A stretch of 64,000 bases of DNA, taken from assembly GCF_006345805.1 (NCBI RefSeq), contig NC_043003.1, positions 47,988,001 to 48,052,000 on the forward strand, in the 5' to 3' direction. The DNA comes from Octopus sinensis (taxonomy: Eukaryota). The notes beneath the pieces are model-generated. The model had not been told where the DNA came from and ran no database searches. It saw only the letters and a program-made list of their open reading frames with translations. Shown here in pieces: positions 62,900 through 64,000 of the stretch; position 1 is the first letter of the stretch; every line of letters begins with the position of its first letter. Made by a program: the position numbers and the translations under genes.

Positions 62900-63760
62900 T
62901 CTGTAACCTATTAAAACAAAAGTTGGGGTTGAGCAATTATTGTTTTTCAACATTGTCTACTTTTTCATGCACTCCTAGTTGTCCACAAGCTTGCTTATTC
63001 CATTGGAGAAGAAGGTTTTTGTATGGTTGCATATTCTTCTATACCATGCTTCCTGCCCTTCTTCATCTGTAGCAAATCGACAACCTGGTAACGGATGTTT
63101 GAGTAGTCCAAAGAGGTGATCGTTGGAAAGGGAGAGATCTGGGCTGTATAAAGTGTGTTCCAACAACACCAAACCTAATTTTTCAATGCTAATTGAATCT
63201 TCATGTTAGTGGTGGAGGTTAATGTGAGTCCTGCTCCCTTTTCATGCTTCAAGCTTGTCCAGCCGTATTTAACCCTTTTGTTACCATATTTCTGTTGAGA
63301 TGCTCTGTGTTTCTTTCAATTAATTTTAAATATAATAAAGAATTAAGTAAAATAACTTAGTTATCATTGAGCTAGTGTTAGGAACATAAATTGTGACTAA
63401 GATTTGGTGGAAGATTTTAATTCAGAACTTTTGTAAACAAGACATTTGCATTACAGAGCCAGAGGCGGTTTCAGCCATACTCACTTCTACAAGATAGAGA
63501 GCATTGCTCCCATATTGTACTGAAAGCTAGCAATGAATTTCAGCAACTGACAGACCTTCAAACTAGAGAAACTGGATCACTGATCTCTCTTCTTCTTTGG
63601 TGCACACTGCCAGCAGAGAGGCCATTTTTACTTTGTAACACAAGAAAGAAAACTGGAGCGATCAAGCTCAAACCCATGTTACGTACCACAAAAGTACCAT
63701 CTTTCAGCACCAGAACACTGAAGGTAGTTCGGCCAAGTTAAAGAAAGTTTGAGCAAAAGT
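62900..63760 (-). mobile_element. Decayed mariner element split by a piggyBac-type MITE (63273-63477)
   Basis: N-terminus MASLLAVCTKEEERSVIQFL*FEGLSVAEIH...QYG (63500-63630); WTSLKHEKGAG (~63230); C-terminus LEHTLYSPDLSLSNDHLFGLLK (62975-63172). Confidence 0.85.
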
Positions 63761-64000
63761 GCAGATAAGTTTTGACTTACCCTTATATTCTATACTGAAG
63801 CGATATTATAGTATTCTATACTAAAACAATATTGCTTCTAAAAAAATAAAAAGATACAAACTGTAATAAATGACAGATTCAGAATGTTCCAAGAGACATA
63901 ACATGACATGATGGAAAAACCAGTGAAAAGACATTGTTAATATAACACGTCAGTCGTTTGGGATGAATAAGACATTCCTTTCCATTCAAAAGAAAACTTC

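Noticed and set aside
63480-63740. ~90-codon open frame on the + strand
   Set aside because: It is the antisense of a mariner transposase N-terminus.

Overview
AT-rich eukaryotic genomic DNA packed with microsatellites and interspersed repeats. The repeat families (several tRNA-headed SINEs, RTE 3' ends with (GAT)n tails) look like those of octopus/coleoid cephalopods; this assignment is from recall, not a database search. I recognise no host protein-coding exon with confidence, and most ORF-track entries are microsatellite or repeat artefacts. The only substantial coding block is a nearly intact CR1/L2-group LINE on the minus strand (about 47040-50720). It has a CCCH-finger ORF1 and an APE+RT ORF2 broken by a single in-frame TAA. 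The rest is layered transposon debris: RTE, CR1, CRE-type and R4/Dong-type non-LTR fragments, mariner, pogo, hAT and piggyBac-type non-autonomous elements, and many SINEs, often nested. A ~1.6-kb block at the window start recurs ~58.2 kb downstream with younger insertions. The best leads are: (1) type I hammerhead ribozyme motifs readable directly in the DNA, notably 3358-3446 and 45920-46045, the latter in a 360-bp repeat unit with a 32-bp extended helix (retrozyme/Penelope-like); (2) a SINE-LINE pair sharing a 3' tail with a covarying stem-loop; (3) SINE multimers with an identical junction at separate loci; (4) a 175-bp invariant block with tandem E-boxes inside the duplication. Coordinates of decayed repeats are approximate.
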